Below, one piece after another: positions 10,020 to 19,709 of a stretch of 64,000 nt of DNA. The DNA comes from Flavobacteriales bacterium (GTDB lineage: Bacteria > Bacteroidota > Bacteroidia > Palsa-965): assembly GCA_040377305.1 (NCBI GenBank), contig JBEIPA010000001.1:192001-256000 (forward strand), in the 5' to 3' direction. A model generated the notes under the pieces. It saw nothing but the letters and a program-made list of their open reading frames with translations, did no database searches and was not told where the DNA came from. Position 1 is the first letter of the stretch; every line of letters starts with the position of its first letter. The position numbers were made by a program, and so were the translations under genes.

Positions 10020-11396
10020 GTGAATCCTTCAAAACTCGTCTTCGACAACATCATCGGTACAATCGGGAATACCCCGCTAGTCCGCCTCAATAATATCACG
10101 AAAGAGATCAACGCGAAAGTTTACGCGAAAGTGGAAACGTTCAATCCCGGCAACTCTATCAAAGATCGTATGGCGATCAAAATGATAGAAGATGCAGAGA
10201 AAGACGGGCGCTTAAAACCAGGCGGAACAATCATCGAAGGAACTTCAGGCAATACCGGAATGGGACTTGCGATTGGCGCAATTATCAAAGGTTACAAATG
10301 TATTTTCACTACTACCGACAAACAGTCGAAAGAAAAAGTAGATGCGTTGCGTGCATTCGGTGCTGAAGTAATTGTTTGTCCGACAAATGTTGATCCGGAA
10401 GATCCGCGTTCATACTATTCGGTTTCATCGCGATTGGAAAAAGATGTTCCGAATTCATGGAAACCGAATCAGTACGATAACCTTTCGAACTCGCAGGCGC
10501 ACTATGAACAAACCGGTCCGGAACTCTGGGATCAGACAGAAGGGAAAATCACGCACCTTGTTGTGGGTGTTGGAACAGGCGGAACGATATGCGGAACAGG
10601 AAAATATCTGAAAGAGAAAAATCCTAACATCAAAATTCTTGGTGTCGATACCTACGGCTCGGTGTTTAAGAAATACAAAGAGACAGGGATTTTCGACAAG
10701 AATGAAATTTATCCATACATCACAGAAGGAATCGGAGAAGATTTTCTGCCGAAGAACGTTGACTTCAGTATTATCGACCACTTCGAAAAAGTGACGGATA
10801 AAGATGCTGCAGTAATGACTCGTCGCATTACAAAAGAAGAAGGCATCTTCGCCGGCAACTCGGCTGGTTCCGCTATGGCAGGATTGATTCAAATGAGCCA
10901 AATGTTCGGACCGAATGATGTCGTGGTTGTAATCTTCCACGATCACGGCACACGTTATCTCGGCAAAATGTTCAACGACGATTGGATGCTTGAAAAAGGT
11001 TTTCTGGATCGCAAAGGCATGACCGCGAAAGATATTGTGTCGACGAACAAGCAATCGAAACTTTTAAGCGTTGAGCAGACCGACTCCATTGAGAAAGCGG
11101 TACGTTTCATGCGTGACCACGATTTCTCTCAGTTACCGGTTACTTCCGGCGGACGTATCATTGGCTCTCTCAACGAACAAAGCGTATTCGAATCAATCGT
11201 TAGCGATCCGGATAAGAAAGCAGACAGTGTTGAATCAATCATGAAACCGGCTTTCCCGTTTGCTGATATAACCACGCCGCTGGAGTCGCTATCCGAAATG
11301 ATTACTCCGGAGAATCCAGCAATTCTGGTGCGCGATTTCAAGACCGATAATACGTATATCATTACAAGACACGATATTATTAAGGCTTTGTGTTAG
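10020..11396 (+). CDS. cbs: Cystathionine beta-synthase (PLP) with C-terminal CBS domains
   Basis: IGNTPLV, NPGNSIKDR, EGTSGNTG and GVGTGGT motifs plus a CBS pair; GTG start chosen downstream of a TACTTTTG box. Confidence 0.9.
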   Translation: MNPSKLVFDNIIGTIGNTPLVRLNNITKEINAKVYAKVETFNPGNSIKDRMAIKMIEDAEKDGRLKPGGTIIEGTSGNTGMGLAIGAIIKGYKCIFTTTDKQSKEKVDALRAFGAEVIVCPTNVDPEDPRSYYSVSSRLEKDVPNSWKPNQYDNLSNSQAHYEQTGPELWDQTEGKITHLVVGVGTGGTICGTGKYLKEKNPNIKILGVDTYGSVFKKYKETGIFDKNEIYPYITEGIGEDFLPKNVDFSIIDHFEKVTDKDAAVMTRRITKEEGIFAGNSAGSAMAGLIQMSQMFGPNDVVVVIFHDHGTRYLGKMFNDDWMLEKGFLDRKGMTAKDIVSTNKQSKLLSVEQTDSIEKAVRFMRDHDFSQLPVTSGGRIIGSLNEQSVFESIVSDPDKKADSVESIMKPAFPFADITTPLESLSEMITPENPAILVRDFKTDNTYIITRHDIIKALC

Positions 11397-11486
11397 CAAC
11401 AGGTTAAGTTGCTCTTCCTTTTAGTCTGAATAATCATCGGCCTGCTAACCGCTCGATTCCCCAAGTATTCGCTTATATTTGGATCA

Positions 11487-13919
11487 ATGCCTTTCCGCAT
11501 TGCCATACTACTTCTTTTTCTTGTTTCGCGTTTATCTGCGCAAATAAGTCCTGCAATTGATTCACTCGAAACATTGCTAGATGCTGAAAAAACAGAAGTA
11601 CGTAAGATCGAATTATACAACCTGTTGGCCGCAGAATACAAAAGCATCGATCCGTATAAAACACGTGAATACGCCAATACCGCTTACGAAATTGCATCCA
11701 GGCGAAACGACAAACGGGGACAGGCGGATGCGTTGCACAAGCGGGGAGTTAGTTACTACTACCTCGATTCATACGACACCGCTCTTAATTGTTATCGCCA
11801 GAGTTACCAGCTCGCAAAAGCGGCCGGCGACTCACTGTTAGTTGCCCAATCATATCTCGCAATTGGAAATGTATATCGCTTGCAGGGTTTGAATGATACC
11901 GCAGTGAGTTATTTATCGCGCGCACTGAAACTCTACGAAGCGGCAGGCGATCAGAAAAACATTGCTTTCTGCATGAGTACCATTGGCGATACGTACTTGT
12001 TTGCCGGTGAATTCGACAAAGCATTGAAGTATCACCTGGATGCATTGAAAATTGCCATTGCACTAAAGGATGAACACCGCGAAGCATTTTGTTACAGCAG
12101 TATTGGTAACAACTATCACATGCGCGGCAAATTTGATACGTCCATCGTTTATCACACGAAATCAATTGAAGTTGCTCAGCGTGTAAATGAAGAAAATATT
12201 ATGGCTGGTAGTATGGGCGTTGTGGCCGATGCTTATGCAAATCTTTACAACTACCCCAAGGCAATTGAAACGTATCTGGCCGCACTCGACATCGCAGAAA
12301 AGAAACAGGACAAACACAACACGGCATTCATCTACGCTGGCATGAGCGACATTTATTCACGTCAAGGTGATTTTGTCAACGCGGAGAAATATCTCAACAT
12401 GAGTATTACTCTTTCGTTGGAAATTGGCGACTTAAGCCGATCCTCGAATGGAGAATTGACGATGGCGCAACTGCTCATGGAGAAGGGTGATACAGCACAG
12501 GCGCGGCTATCGGCAGAAAAGGCACTGCAAACAGCAATCGACAACAACTATCCTATTCAGCAGGCGTGGGCATTGCGTTTAAAAGGCATCCTCAAAGAAA
12601 GAGAGAACAATCTGGATGTAGCAATTGATTACTACCGCAGTTCGCTCAAGTTATCTACCGAACTTCTGGATCAGAAAGAGCAGGCAGAAACGCACAAAGT
12701 ATTGGCGAATGCACTTTACAAGACCGGAAAAAACGAAGAAGCAATTTCTGAAGCCTACATCGCATTTCTGCTGGCAGATACTATCGGTTCAACCGGACTT
12801 CGGATGGAGTCGGCAGATATATTAAGTAAAGCATACGAGAAGAAAGGTGATTTTCAAAATGCCCTTGTGTATTCACGCATCGTAAAAATGCTGAACGACT
12901 CACTGAATGATGCGGGCAATGCAAAACGTCAGGCGGAGCTATTTGCCGAATATGAAAATGAAAAAGACAAAGCAATACAGGATCAGCTGAATGCCGAGCA
13001 GGAAGCTAAATTTCAGCAGCAGAAAATTCTTACGATTGCGGCAAGTGTAGGTTTACTTCTTGTGATCGTGTTGGCAGTTTTCATTTTCCGGGGTTCTCAA
13101 CAAAAGCAACGTGCGAATGAAATCATCTCCGAACAAAAGAAAATTGTAGAAGAAAAAAATCAGGAGATTACGGATAGTATTCATTACGCAAAGAACATTC
13201 AGCTGGCCATGCTTCCTGCAACGGAACTGATCGAAGAATTGTTCAATGAGCATTTCGTGTTCTTTCGTCCGCGCGATATTGTGAGTGGAGATTTCTATTG
13301 GGTTGGACAACGTAACGGAATGAAATACTTTGCTGTTGCAGATTGCACCGGTCATGGTGTTCCGGGTGGATTCATGAGCATGCTTGGAATTACTTTGCTC
13401 AATGAAATTCTGGACGAGAAGAACATTCTTACGCCGGAGAAAATGCTTAATGAGTTGCGGATGCTCGTCATTCAGTCATTAAACAAAGAACGAAAAGCCG
13501 GAACGCAATTTACCCGCGATGGAATGGATATCGCTCTGATTAGTTTGGATACCAATTCGAACAAGTTGTACTTCAGCGGAGCCAATAACGGTATTTACAT
13601 TTTGCGTGGGCAGGAATTTCTGGAACTGGAACCAGACAAGCAACCAATTGGGGCATACGAAAATGAAAAACCATTTACGCTGAAAGAATTTGATGTTCAG
13701 CCGAACGACGTGATCATTGCTTACTCCGATGGATATCCGGATCAGTTTGGTGGAGCCAGAGGAAAAAAACTGATGTATCGTCAATTCAGGCAGATCATCG
13801 TGAATACAGTTGCTGTTCCAAACGATCGTCGCGTGGCATATCTCGATAACGAATTTGATCGATGGAAAGCAGGTCACGCGCAAATCGACGACGTGTGTGT
13901 GTTCGGAGTGAAAGTCTAG
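11487..13919 (+). CDS. TPR-repeat sensor with TM and SpoIIE/PP2C-type phosphatase domain
   Basis: Signal peptide, multiple TPRs and one TM; DIVSGDFYW, ADCTGHGVPG, DGMDI, SDGYPDQFGG and QIDDVCV motifs. Confidence 0.9.
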   Translation: MPFRIAILLLFLVSRLSAQISPAIDSLETLLDAEKTEVRKIELYNLLAAEYKSIDPYKTREYANTAYEIASRRNDKRGQADALHKRGVSYYYLDSYDTALNCYRQSYQLAKAAGDSLLVAQSYLAIGNVYRLQGLNDTAVSYLSRALKLYEAAGDQKNIAFCMSTIGDTYLFAGEFDKALKYHLDALKIAIALKDEHREAFCYSSIGNNYHMRGKFDTSIVYHTKSIEVAQRVNEENIMAGSMGVVADAYANLYNYPKAIETYLAALDIAEKKQDKHNTAFIYAGMSDIYSRQGDFVNAEKYLNMSITLSLEIGDLSRSSNGELTMAQLLMEKGDTAQARLSAEKALQTAIDNNYPIQQAWALRLKGILKERENNLDVAIDYYRSSLKLSTELLDQKEQAETHKVLANALYKTGKNEEAISEAYIAFLLADTIGSTGLRMESADILSKAYEKKGDFQNALVYSRIVKMLNDSLNDAGNAKRQAELFAEYENEKDKAIQDQLNAEQEAKFQQQKILTIAASVGLLLVIVLAVFIFRGSQQKQRANEIISEQKKIVEEKNQEITDSIHYAKNIQLAMLPATELIEELFNEHFVFFRPRDIVSGDFYWVGQRNGMKYFAVADCTGHGVPGGFMSMLGITLLNEILDEKNILTPEKMLNELRMLVIQSLNKERKAGTQFTRDGMDIALISLDTNSNKLYFSGANNGIYILRGQEFLELEPDKQPIGAYENEKPFTLKEFDVQPNDVIIAYSDGYPDQFGGARGKKLMYRQFRQIIVNTVAVPNDRRVAYLDNEFDRWKAGHAQIDDVCVFGVKV

Positions 13920-13921
13920 CC

Positions 13922-14734
13922 ATGGAATTTCCATACACGTTCATTGATCAGATGAGGCATGAGGTAAAACTCAGTGCTCCTCCGAATCGTATTATCTCGC
14001 TTGTTCCTTCACAAACAGAATTACTTCACGACCTCGGTCTCGGGGAAGAAGTTGTTGGCATTACCAAATTCTGTATTCACCCCGAAGCGTGGTTCCGAAA
14101 CAAGACGCGTGTTGGTGGCACGAAACAATATCACCTCGATAAAATTGCATTGTTGAAGCCGGATCTCATCATCGGCAACAAGGAAGAGAATGATGAAGAG
14201 CAGATTCGTCGGCTTCAGAAAGACTTTCCAGTTTGGATGAGCGACATTCACAATCTGGGTGAAGCCCTGGAAATGATTCGTCACATCGGCGTACTTACTA
14301 CCCGACAGGAAAAGGCTGAATGGATTGCGCACACTGTCAAGTCGGAATTTGATTTGCTCGAACAGAAAATGTCGGGCATGCGATCACTGAATGTTGCATA
14401 TCTCATCTGGCGAAATCCATACATGGGAGCAGGTCCCGACACATTTATCGATTCCATGCTTCAGCGGCTGCGCATGAATAATGTTCTGACGTCAGGTCGC
14501 TATCCGGAAACCACGATTGACGAACTGAAAGAACTTTCTCCGGAAGTAGTGCTGTTGTCGTCAGAGCCCTATCCGTTCAAAGAACAGCATGTGCACGAGA
14601 TACAAGCTGCTATCCCCGGTGCAATCGTAGTGCTCGTCGATGGGGAAATGTTTTCCTGGTATGGTTCACGTTTGTTAAAAGCCCCTTCGTATTTCCTGAA
14701 TGTTATTTCCCGGATTCACGAGGCAACCCGGTAG
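13922..14734 (+). CDS. Helical-backbone metal/cobalamin-binding protein (BtuF-like)
   Basis: RIISLVPSQTELL, VGGTK, PDLIIGNKEEN, LSSEPYPF and DGEMFSWYG motifs. Confidence 0.85.
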   Translation: MEFPYTFIDQMRHEVKLSAPPNRIISLVPSQTELLHDLGLGEEVVGITKFCIHPEAWFRNKTRVGGTKQYHLDKIALLKPDLIIGNKEENDEEQIRRLQKDFPVWMSDIHNLGEALEMIRHIGVLTTRQEKAEWIAHTVKSEFDLLEQKMSGMRSLNVAYLIWRNPYMGAGPDTFIDSMLQRLRMNNVLTSGRYPETTIDELKELSPEVVLLSSEPYPFKEQHVHEIQAAIPGAIVVLVDGEMFSWYGSRLLKAPSYFLNVISRIHEATR

Positions 14735-14844
14735 AGAAACGTACGTCTTTCGCTGCTGTTTTAACAATTCCTAATTCTTAATTGTACATCGGAAGCTCGC
14801 TTGTGAGGAGCTAGTCGAAGGATCGAATTCGTATCTTTATCCTG

Positions 14845-17160
14845 ATGTTGAGAATTCCGCTAGCTCTCATTTTTCTACTCTCATTTTCACTTTCTGCATG
14901 GTGCCAACCGGAACCTGTAAGAAAAGAAAAAGTGGGCGTTGTTTTGAGCGGCGGGGGCGCAAGCGGATTGGCACACATTGGCGTTCTGCGTTGTCTCGAA
15001 GAGAATGGTATTCCTATTGACTACATCTGTGGAACATCGATGGGTGCATTGATCGGTTCACTGTATTGTCAGGGTTACACTCCCGACGAAATTCAGGAAC
15101 TAATCGTGTCCGATGAATTCAACAGCTGGGCTAACGGAATCATCGAACCACAATACGTTTATTACTTCAAGAAAAAAGAAGACAACGCATCGTGGATCAC
15201 TTTCAAAATTTCTCCGGATACAACGTTAAGTACTAGTCTTCCAACGAATTTGATTTCTCCGTTGCCCATGGATTACGCGCTGATGGAGAGAACCGCTGGT
15301 GCATCTGCTGCATGCGGATATAATTTCGACAGTCTATTCTGCCCCTTCCGCTGCGTTGCTTCTGATGTTGCGAAAAAAGAATCCGTTGTTTTCCGTTCCG
15401 GCGATTTAGGTCAGGCGGTTCGCGCCTCAATGTCCTATCCGTTTTATCTGAAACCGATTCGTGTAAACGGCGCCCTGTTGTTCGATGGCGGATTGTACAA
15501 CAACTTTCCAAGCAATGTGATGTACCAGGACTTCTTTCCGGATTTCATCATCGGAAGTAATGTGGCTTCAGAATTTCCAGATCCGGATGAAGACAATCTT
15601 TTTTCTCAGGTTAGAGCAATGCTTACGAGCCCGACAGATTTCGAGCCGGTGTGTGAGAACGGTGTTATCATTGAACCCGATGCAGATTGGGCTGGGCTGT
15701 TCGACTTCGATCAGGCACAACGCTTGATTGACAGTGGATACGCAGCATGTAAACGAAAACTGGAAACCATTTGCGTTAACTTACAACACCGCGCCGATTC
15801 AGCCGATCTTGCTGCACGTCGCGCTGCTTTCAGAGCCAAGCAACCTCCGTTGGTATTCGACAACATCGAAATCGAAGGTCCGGGAATTAAAAAAGCGCAG
15901 GAGACGTACGTTCGCAAAATGCTTCGACATAACGAACGTTACGTGCCTAACAGCAAGTTGAAGACTGGATATTTTCGTCTCGCTGCGGATGATCAAATAC
16001 AATCCATCTATCCGCTTGCACGCTACAACACTTCCACAGGTTATTACGATTTGCGTTTGACGATCAGGAAAGAGAAAAATCTCTTCACGCAATTCGGCGG
16101 CAACTTTTCGAACCGACCCATAAACATGGGCTTCATTGGTATGCAATATAATTTCTTTGGTAATCCATCAGTGAGCATTAATGCAAATGGTTACTTCGGA
16201 AAACTGTATAGTGGTGCAATGGTAAAAGCGCGTTTCGATTTTCCGACGCGACTTCCGTTTTACATTGAACCATCATTCACCTGGAACCGTTTCGATTTCT
16301 ATAAGAGTACACCAACTTATTTTATTGACACCAAGCCGCCGTTCCTTGTGCACATTGATCGTATGGGTGAAATCTGTTTTGGAATGCCAATCAAGCGAAA
16401 GTCGCGACTCGTAGTTGGTTCTGGTGGTGGTTTCACCCGCTTCCTCTATTATCAGACTGATGCGTTTATATCCAGCGACACTTCCGACAGAACCGATCTC
16501 AATTATGTTTCGACCTATCTCCTGTTCGAACGCAATACACTCAACCGAAAACAATACGCGAGTGCAGGAACACACCTTGCATTCTGCGCGCGTTTTGTGC
16601 AGGCAGAAGAATTCTATGTGCCGGGAACAACTTCTCCTTTCATCGACGCATATCGTGCAATTCACAACTGGGTGCAGTTCAAAGCTTCTTACGACACGTA
16701 CTTCAAGGAGAAAGGCAAATGGAGACTCGGATTCCTGGGGGAAGTGGTGTACTCGTTCCAGCCATTCCTCAGTAACTATACCGCAAGTATTCTTTGTACG
16801 CCGGGGTTTCAGCCGACGCCCGACAGCAAAACACTATTCATTCCCACTTTACATGCTCACCAATATGGAGCAGCAGGATTGAAAAGCATATTCGTGATCT
16901 GGAAAAACGTCGATTGGCGGTTGGAGGGTTATGTTTTTGCTCCATATCAGGCGCTACGCGAAAAATCGGACCACACCGTTGAATATGCAGCACCACTTGC
17001 AATCGCAGACATGACCTACATCGGCATGACAGGACTTGTATGGCATTCTCCGCTCGGTCCGGTGAGTGCAAGCGTTAACTACTACAGCAGTCGTGAGGAA
17101 CCACTCAGCTTCCTGATTCACTTCGGGTATATTATCTTCAATAAGAAAGCGCTGGAATAA
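14845..17160 (+). CDS. Patatin-like phospholipase with POTRA and beta-barrel (PlpD-like)
   Basis: LSGGGASG, GTSMG nucleophile and DGG motifs; C-terminal beta-barrel-like region ending ..SPLGPVS...HFGY. Confidence 0.88.
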   Translation: MLRIPLALIFLLSFSLSAWCQPEPVRKEKVGVVLSGGGASGLAHIGVLRCLEENGIPIDYICGTSMGALIGSLYCQGYTPDEIQELIVSDEFNSWANGIIEPQYVYYFKKKEDNASWITFKISPDTTLSTSLPTNLISPLPMDYALMERTAGASAACGYNFDSLFCPFRCVASDVAKKESVVFRSGDLGQAVRASMSYPFYLKPIRVNGALLFDGGLYNNFPSNVMYQDFFPDFIIGSNVASEFPDPDEDNLFSQVRAMLTSPTDFEPVCENGVIIEPDADWAGLFDFDQAQRLIDSGYAACKRKLETICVNLQHRADSADLAARRAAFRAKQPPLVFDNIEIEGPGIKKAQETYVRKMLRHNERYVPNSKLKTGYFRLAADDQIQSIYPLARYNTSTGYYDLRLTIRKEKNLFTQFGGNFSNRPINMGFIGMQYNFFGNPSVSINANGYFGKLYSGAMVKARFDFPTRLPFYIEPSFTWNRFDFYKSTPTYFIDTKPPFLVHIDRMGEICFGMPIKRKSRLVVGSGGGFTRFLYYQTDAFISSDTSDRTDLNYVSTYLLFERNTLNRKQYASAGTHLAFCARFVQAEEFYVPGTTSPFIDAYRAIHNWVQFKASYDTYFKEKGKWRLGFLGEVVYSFQPFLSNYTASILCTPGFQPTPDSKTLFIPTLHAHQYGAAGLKSIFVIWKNVDWRLEGYVFAPYQALREKSDHTVEYAAPLAIADMTYIGMTGLVWHSPLGPVSASVNYYSSREEPLSFLIHFGYIIFNKKALE

Positions 17161-17246
17161 AATGTATTCTCACCGGGCAATGAACGTCGGGAAATGCGAA
17201 CTGATAATCCTACAGAATTTCTCTGATCGGTAACGTTCGGATTCGA

Positions 17247-17921
17247 TCAGAAAAAAAGCTCCGTGAAAATTGAAATTACCAACGCAGCAATCAACGCACA
17301 GATCACGAACACAATAGTCAGCAAGCCAATGCCAGCAGCTGCAATGCCTTTGTTCTTCACAACTGTTTCATCTTTCGGCTGCTTAACTACAGGCTCGCGC
17401 GGATAGAGAAACGAAGCGAGCATGATGCAGAGAATACAACAGACAAATGCACCAACGATAAACACTCCAACTGGTGGTGCCGTTCCTTTGATGAACAAAC
17501 CGGCCATTGCAACAAGAAAAAAAATTGCACCAGCTACACCGGCACCAACCGCCTGATTCTTGTCTTTCTTGATTGGTGCAGGTGACTTTGATTTTTCTGA
17601 ATGTACCAGAACTTCTTCCGGTGTTTCCTGTTCGCTCTTCCCTGCAACAACATTCGGCAAGGCGCGATCTGCAGTCAGAGAAAGTTCATCTTGCTCCTTC
17701 GCGATTACTACTGTTGACGTCGTATCCGAGACGCGCAGAATTCGCGTTAGTAATGTCTGCGCTGCTGTGGGTTCATGTACCGAAGCAACTTCCGATTTCT
17801 CAGGTACATTTCGATTCCGGTCAACGTAAAATCCATCACGGTAATGTCGTTTCTCAATAGTGCAGGAAGTTAATCCCACAATGAGCAGTAGAACAATTCC
17901 GAAAATGAATTTCCCTCTCAT
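17247..17921 (-). CDS. Hypothetical lipoprotein with C-terminal TM helices
   Basis: LTSC lipobox followed by TIEKRHYRDGFYV; three hydrophobic C-terminal segments. Confidence 0.75.
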   Translation of the reverse strand: MRGKFIFGIVLLLIVGLTSCTIEKRHYRDGFYVDRNRNVPEKSEVASVHEPTAAQTLLTRILRVSDTTSTVVIAKEQDELSLTADRALPNVVAGKSEQETPEEVLVHSEKSKSPAPIKKDKNQAVGAGVAGAIFFLVAMAGLFIKGTAPPVGVFIVGAFVCCILCIMLASFLYPREPVVKQPKDETVVKNKGIAAAGIGLLTIVFVICALIAALVISIFTELFF

Positions 17922-17965
17922 GCGGTAAATTTTACTCCTGCCTTACTACTGTAGTCTGTCGTCAC

Positions 17966-18286
17966 TTACGCCATTCCCTTCGTGTTCCCGAAGTTCATCG
18001 GAAATGCACTCGAGAATTCTGTGTCATTGATCGGACCATTCGCACTTTCAAAGCGTGTGATGTTTTCTTTCAACGCCTTCATCAAACGCTTTGCATGCTG
18101 TGGTGTAAGTATGATGCGCGACTTCACGCGTGCTTTGGGTACGCCCGGCATTACCTGGATGAAATCAAGTATGAACTCAGAATTTGAGTGAGTGATAATT
18201 GCGAGATTGGAATAAGTTCCGCCTGCAACGTCTTCTCCGAGCTCAATATTCATTTGCTGTTGTTGCGGTTGTTCTTCGTTTGCCAT
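17966..18286 (-). CDS. DUF3467 domain protein
   Basis: GTYSNLAIITHSNSEFILDF...ARVKSRIILTPQHAKRL signature. Confidence 0.9.
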   Translation of the reverse strand: MANEEQPQQQQMNIELGEDVAGGTYSNLAIITHSNSEFILDFIQVMPGVPKARVKSRIILTPQHAKRLMKALKENITRFESANGPINDTEFSSAFPMNFGNTKGMA

Positions 18287-18320
18287 GTTAGTGCTTTTTA
18301 GTGTCCCGAAGATAGTGAAA

Positions 18321-18364
18321 CAGTAGGCAGTAGTGCAGTAGTGCAGTAGTGCGGTAGGCAGTCA
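18321..18364. repeat. Left tandem 7/8-mer array (CAGTAG(T)G)n
   Basis: cagtagg cagtagtg cagtagtg cagtagtg cggtagg cagtca. Confidence 0.85.
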
Positions 18365-18518
18365 AAAAAGTGGAGAATGGGAATTAACTGGTAAATCGCT
18401 GAAATTCAATGCGATTATCCGTTTACAAACGTTTACAATCACTTACAACCGACTACAAATGTTTATTACCCGACTATTCAATTGCCACTGAAATAGGTTT
18501 GCGGAAAAATCAAACTCT

Positions 18519-18899
18519 ATGGCACAAATTAAAGGTTACCGCTCGCTTATTGCTTATCAGAAGTCATTCGCAATGGGAACAGCAATTTTTAAACTGACTG
18601 AAAATTTTCCAAAGGATGAGCAATTTGAACTCACCAGTCAAATCCGCAGATCGTCACGTTCTGTGGGAGCTAATCTTGTAGAAGGCTACCGCAAGCGCAA
18701 GTATCCCAAAATGTTTCTTAATAAATTAAATACCTCTGACGGCGAATGTTCCGAAACAATTTACTGGTTGGAAGTAGCGCTTGCATGTGAATACATTTCC
18801 CAAACAGAATTCGAAAAGTATGAATCAATCCTGGATGAAGTCGGAGCTTTACTCGGATCGATGATCAAAGCACCAGAGAAGTTCGCTCCTCGCTCGTAA
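18519..18899 (+). CDS. Four helix bundle protein (23S rRNA-IVP / Avd-like family)
   Basis: L.AYQKS...FPKDEQFELTSQIRRSSRSVGANLVEGY...SDGECSETIYWLE signature. Confidence 0.92.
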   Translation: MAQIKGYRSLIAYQKSFAMGTAIFKLTENFPKDEQFELTSQIRRSSRSVGANLVEGYRKRKYPKMFLNKLNTSDGECSETIYWLEVALACEYISQTEFEKYESILDEVGALLGSMIKAPEKFAPRS

Positions 18900-18907
18900 A
18901 CTTATCC

Positions 18908-18966
18908 TGACTGCCAACTGCGCTACGGCACTACTGCCTACTGCACTACTTCCTTACTGCCTACTG
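18908..18966. repeat. Right tandem 7/8-mer array ((A)CTACTGC)n, inverted relative to the left array
   Basis: tgactgc caactgc gctacggc actactgc ctactgc actacttc cttactgc ctactg. Confidence 0.85.
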
Positions 18967-19028
18967 AACAGGAGGAATCCGACGGCAGCGTGCGGTCCTC
19001 CTTGGTTTGTTCACAATAATTGTCGGTG

Positions 19029-19137
19029 AAAAAGTACTATCCTCCCGGGATGTTTTCCCCCTCTGAGTGATATTCCGGTATTGGGTTACCGATTAAGATG
19101 GCAGACCATCACAATATCAGAGACCCGGGCGGATAGC
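19029..19137 (-). ncRNA. Candidate ~109-nt structured non-coding RNA (possibly 6S-Flavo-like, identity unverified)
   Basis: Terminal stem GCUAUCC-G-CCCGGG / CCCGGG-A-GGAUAGU, inner stem UGAUAUU/AAUAUCA enclosing two hairpins, 3' U-tract, and a consensus promoter immediately upstream. Confidence 0.6.
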
Positions 19138-19141
19138 AATA

Positions 19142-19172
19142 CAAATGTAAATTCACCTTTTTTGCCAGTCAA
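19142..19172 (-). promoter_or_regulatory. Bacteroidota sigma-ABfr type promoter (TTG-N20-TACATTTG)
   Basis: Minus-strand TTG at 19172-19170, 20-nt spacer, TACATTTG at 19149-19142; it points into the structured RNA. Confidence 0.65.
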
Positions 19173-19240
19173 CCCGTATTACTACGGGATTTTTACCCCC
19201 GTATTTATACGGTATTTCACCCCCGTATTTCTACGGTATT
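19173..19240. promoter_or_regulatory. Three tandem palindromic boxes CCGTA-N4-TACGG (putative operator array)
   Basis: cccgtattactacgggatt, cccgtatttatacggtatt and cccgtatttctacggtatt at 25- and 24-bp spacing. Confidence 0.65.
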
Positions 19241-19356
19241 CCGCTGTTAACCTACTGATAAAGAAGGCATTCTGCGATTCACATAAAATGGGGATACACC
19301 ATTCTACGTAAAGGCACGATTGTCGTACTTTCCTCGCTACAACCAAAAACAATCGT

Positions 19357-19608
19357 ATGAAATTCAGAGTCAACCACACAATCTCCAACCCACAAGAGTT
19401 CTGGGGACGCGCACAAAAGGCATTGCCGAATCTTCCTGAAGGAATTAAGATTCATGTTGTGCTGCCAAACGAAACAATGGATACAGCAACTTGTGTTTGG
19501 GAAGCTGCGGATCTTGCAACAATCACTGCGTTCCTTGAAGGAGCAACCGGAGATGTAAGCAAGAATGATTACATGATAATCAACGAAGCGAATGCGATGG
19601 GTGTTTAA
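19357..19608 (+). CDS. Small hypothetical protein (DUF3303/DUF4242-like alpha-beta barrel)
   Basis: 83 aa with an A-rich upstream region; H in the first strand and a TATCVWEA motif. Confidence 0.7.
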   Translation: MKFRVNHTISNPQEFWGRAQKALPNLPEGIKIHVVLPNETMDTATCVWEAADLATITAFLEGATGDVSKNDYMIINEANAMGV

Positions 19609-19709
19609 CCCGATACTACAAGAAAGGCTTCCGTCTCTGTGAATAGTTGAGTGGTGATTCGATGTTACTCCTGCTCTTCTCCGGCGACGTGAAGCCTTTA
19701 TCTTGCAAA

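Noticed and set aside
19029-19137. SRP (4.5S) RNA or tRNA
   Set aside because: It lacks the SRP helix-8 GGAA tetraloop/AGCAG motif, and has no T-loop GTTC or cloverleaf.
18321-19240. Diversity-generating retroelement (Avd-like gene plus nearby structured RNA)
   Set aside because: No reverse transcriptase in the window, and I saw no TR/VR pair differing at adenines.
19173-19240. Mini CRISPR array
   Set aside because: Units are 19 bp with only 5-6-nt gaps, there are no unique spacers, and no cas genes are present.
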